Below, piece after piece: positions 62,997 through 64,000 of a DNA stretch of 64,000 nt. Source of the stretch: Lepidodermella squamata. Taxonomy: Eukaryota; Animalia; Gastrotricha. The notes under the pieces were generated by a model. The model worked only from the letters and a program-made list of their open reading frames with translations, searched no databases and was not told the origin of the DNA. The translations under genes and the position numbers were made by a program. The stretch covers positions 868,001 through 932,000 of the forward strand of contig JBLDXI010000021.1 in the NCBI GenBank assembly GCA_047495785.1. Direction: 5' to 3'. Numbering within the stretch: position 1 is the stretch's first letter; every line of letters begins with the position of its first letter.

Positions 62997-64000
62997 ATGC
63001 GAATCTTCATAGAGAACTCAGCGGATTCCCCGAAAGATAAATGGAAAATTGAAGTTGTGGCAAAACCGACAAATAAGGTTGCCACGTTGAAGAAAGCAAT
63101 TTTCAATTCTAAAGCGATTCCCATCTGCGAACAACGTTTGTTTTATCATTCTGTTCAGTTGGATAACGATCGTACTCTGGGATCGCATGGAATTGAGGAC
63201 AACGCTATCGTGAGCCTGGTTACTGGATATATCGCTCTTGTTACTGTTCATTTATCGGAGAAATATGCCATTAACGGACACGCATTAGGAACGATCTGCG
63301 ACCTGAAGAAAGCATGTGAGAAGTCTTTTGGCATGCCGGCGAAAAAATTATCGTTGCATGTTGAACATCGCTTGCAAAGTGAACTGCGAGATGATGTATA
63401 TTTGCTAAACGCTAATCATCGCCGTGGTCAGCGATTGTTTTTGCGAGTTACCGAAGAAAGCTATGCAATTACGTGCAAAACTCCTTCTGGGAAGCGTATT
63501 CAACTTCACGTTCGGCATGATGAAGACGTGCCATCTTTGAAAACGTCTTTCTTGAGAGCTTTAGGTGTCAACTCTGTGAATGTCGATCACATCGATTTGA
63601 GTTTTACTTTCAACGGACTTCCATTAATCGTGAATTCATCAGCGTCACTGTTGTCGCTTGGAATAACTGATTGCTCGATACTCGATGTGAGCATTCAAAA
63701 TTCGGCTAATTTCAGTGTCAAAGTGATCTCGAAGACTGGCTCGGAGTGCGAAATCGGCGACATAAATTGCATGACTTCGATTCATGCCATCAAGGAGAAA
63801 GTTGAAGCCGCGACGAAAACTCCTTCTGATCTTCAGCGTTTAAAGGTTTTTCTGGACGGTCGTGAAAATCCAAAGTATTTGCGCAAAGCACATCGTACTC
63901 TATTTGACTACGGCTTGTTAACGTCTACAACACTGCATCTTGACTGCAGCGACGCCGTTTTAGTTTCGAGCGACGTATTTGGATCTAGGTATTTCGACTA
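62997..64000 (+). CDS. Protein with at least four tandem divergent ubiquitin-like domains (runs off the window; absent from the ORF track)
   Basis: Open frame from ATG 62997: MRIFIE...VATLKKAI...IPICEQRLFY...LDNDRTLGSHGI; ITCKTPSGKRIQLHV; IHAIKEKVE...PSDLQRL...RTLFDYGL...TLHL. Confidence 0.85.
   Translation, partial: MRIFIENSADSPKDKWKIEVVAKPTNKVATLKKAIFNSKAIPICEQRLFYHSVQLDNDRTLGSHGIEDNAIVSLVTGYIALVTVHLSEKYAINGHALGTICDLKKACEKSFGMPAKKLSLHVEHRLQSELRDDVYLLNANHRRGQRLFLRVTEESYAITCKTPSGKRIQLHVRHDEDVPSLKTSFLRALGVNSVNVDHIDLSFTFNGLPLIVNSSASLLSLGITDCSILDVSIQNSANFSVKVISKTGSECEIGDINCMTSIHAIKEKVEAATKTPSDLQRLKVFLDGRENPKYLRKAHRTLFDYGLLTSTTLHLDCSDAVLVSSDVFGSRYFD

Overview
This is eukaryotic (animal) DNA from a very compact invertebrate genome with mostly 48-60 nt GT-AG introns and a gene every ~2.5 kb; the taxon cannot be fixed from the sequence alone. 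About 27 protein-coding genes can be reconstructed: RPIA, TRF2/TBPL1, aldolase, ATP23, a complete 6-exon telomerase reverse transcriptase (TERT), RSRC2-like, CDIPT, NIF3L1, GABARAP, SERF, CCDC86, PITPNM/rdgB, DGAT2/MOGAT, MMAB, TRAPPC6, SYVN1/HRD1, TMEM145-like, TRIM37, FBXO36, an LRR-Ig receptor, NEK8 and several orphan-looking genes. Non-coding and mobile features are a spliced non-coding host transcript carrying four intronic box C/D snoRNAs, a Penelope-like element remnant with a minimal hammerhead ribozyme, and a nest of four MITEs of different superfamilies. Most notable observations: (1) three tandem secreted, probably GPI-anchored genes built on an unrecognised ~60-70 aa repeat with a fixed intron position; (2) TERT starts only 68 nt after the ATP23 stop and is followed by a structured region with H-box, CAB and ACA motifs, a possible telomerase RNA or scaRNA, although no canonical template is visible; (3) a triplicated snoRNA with two antisense elements to abutting parts of one 18S segment; (4) a REXO1-like pseudonuclease; (5) a chain of divergent ubiquitin-like domains. 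Exon coordinates were read by eye and no database searches were run.
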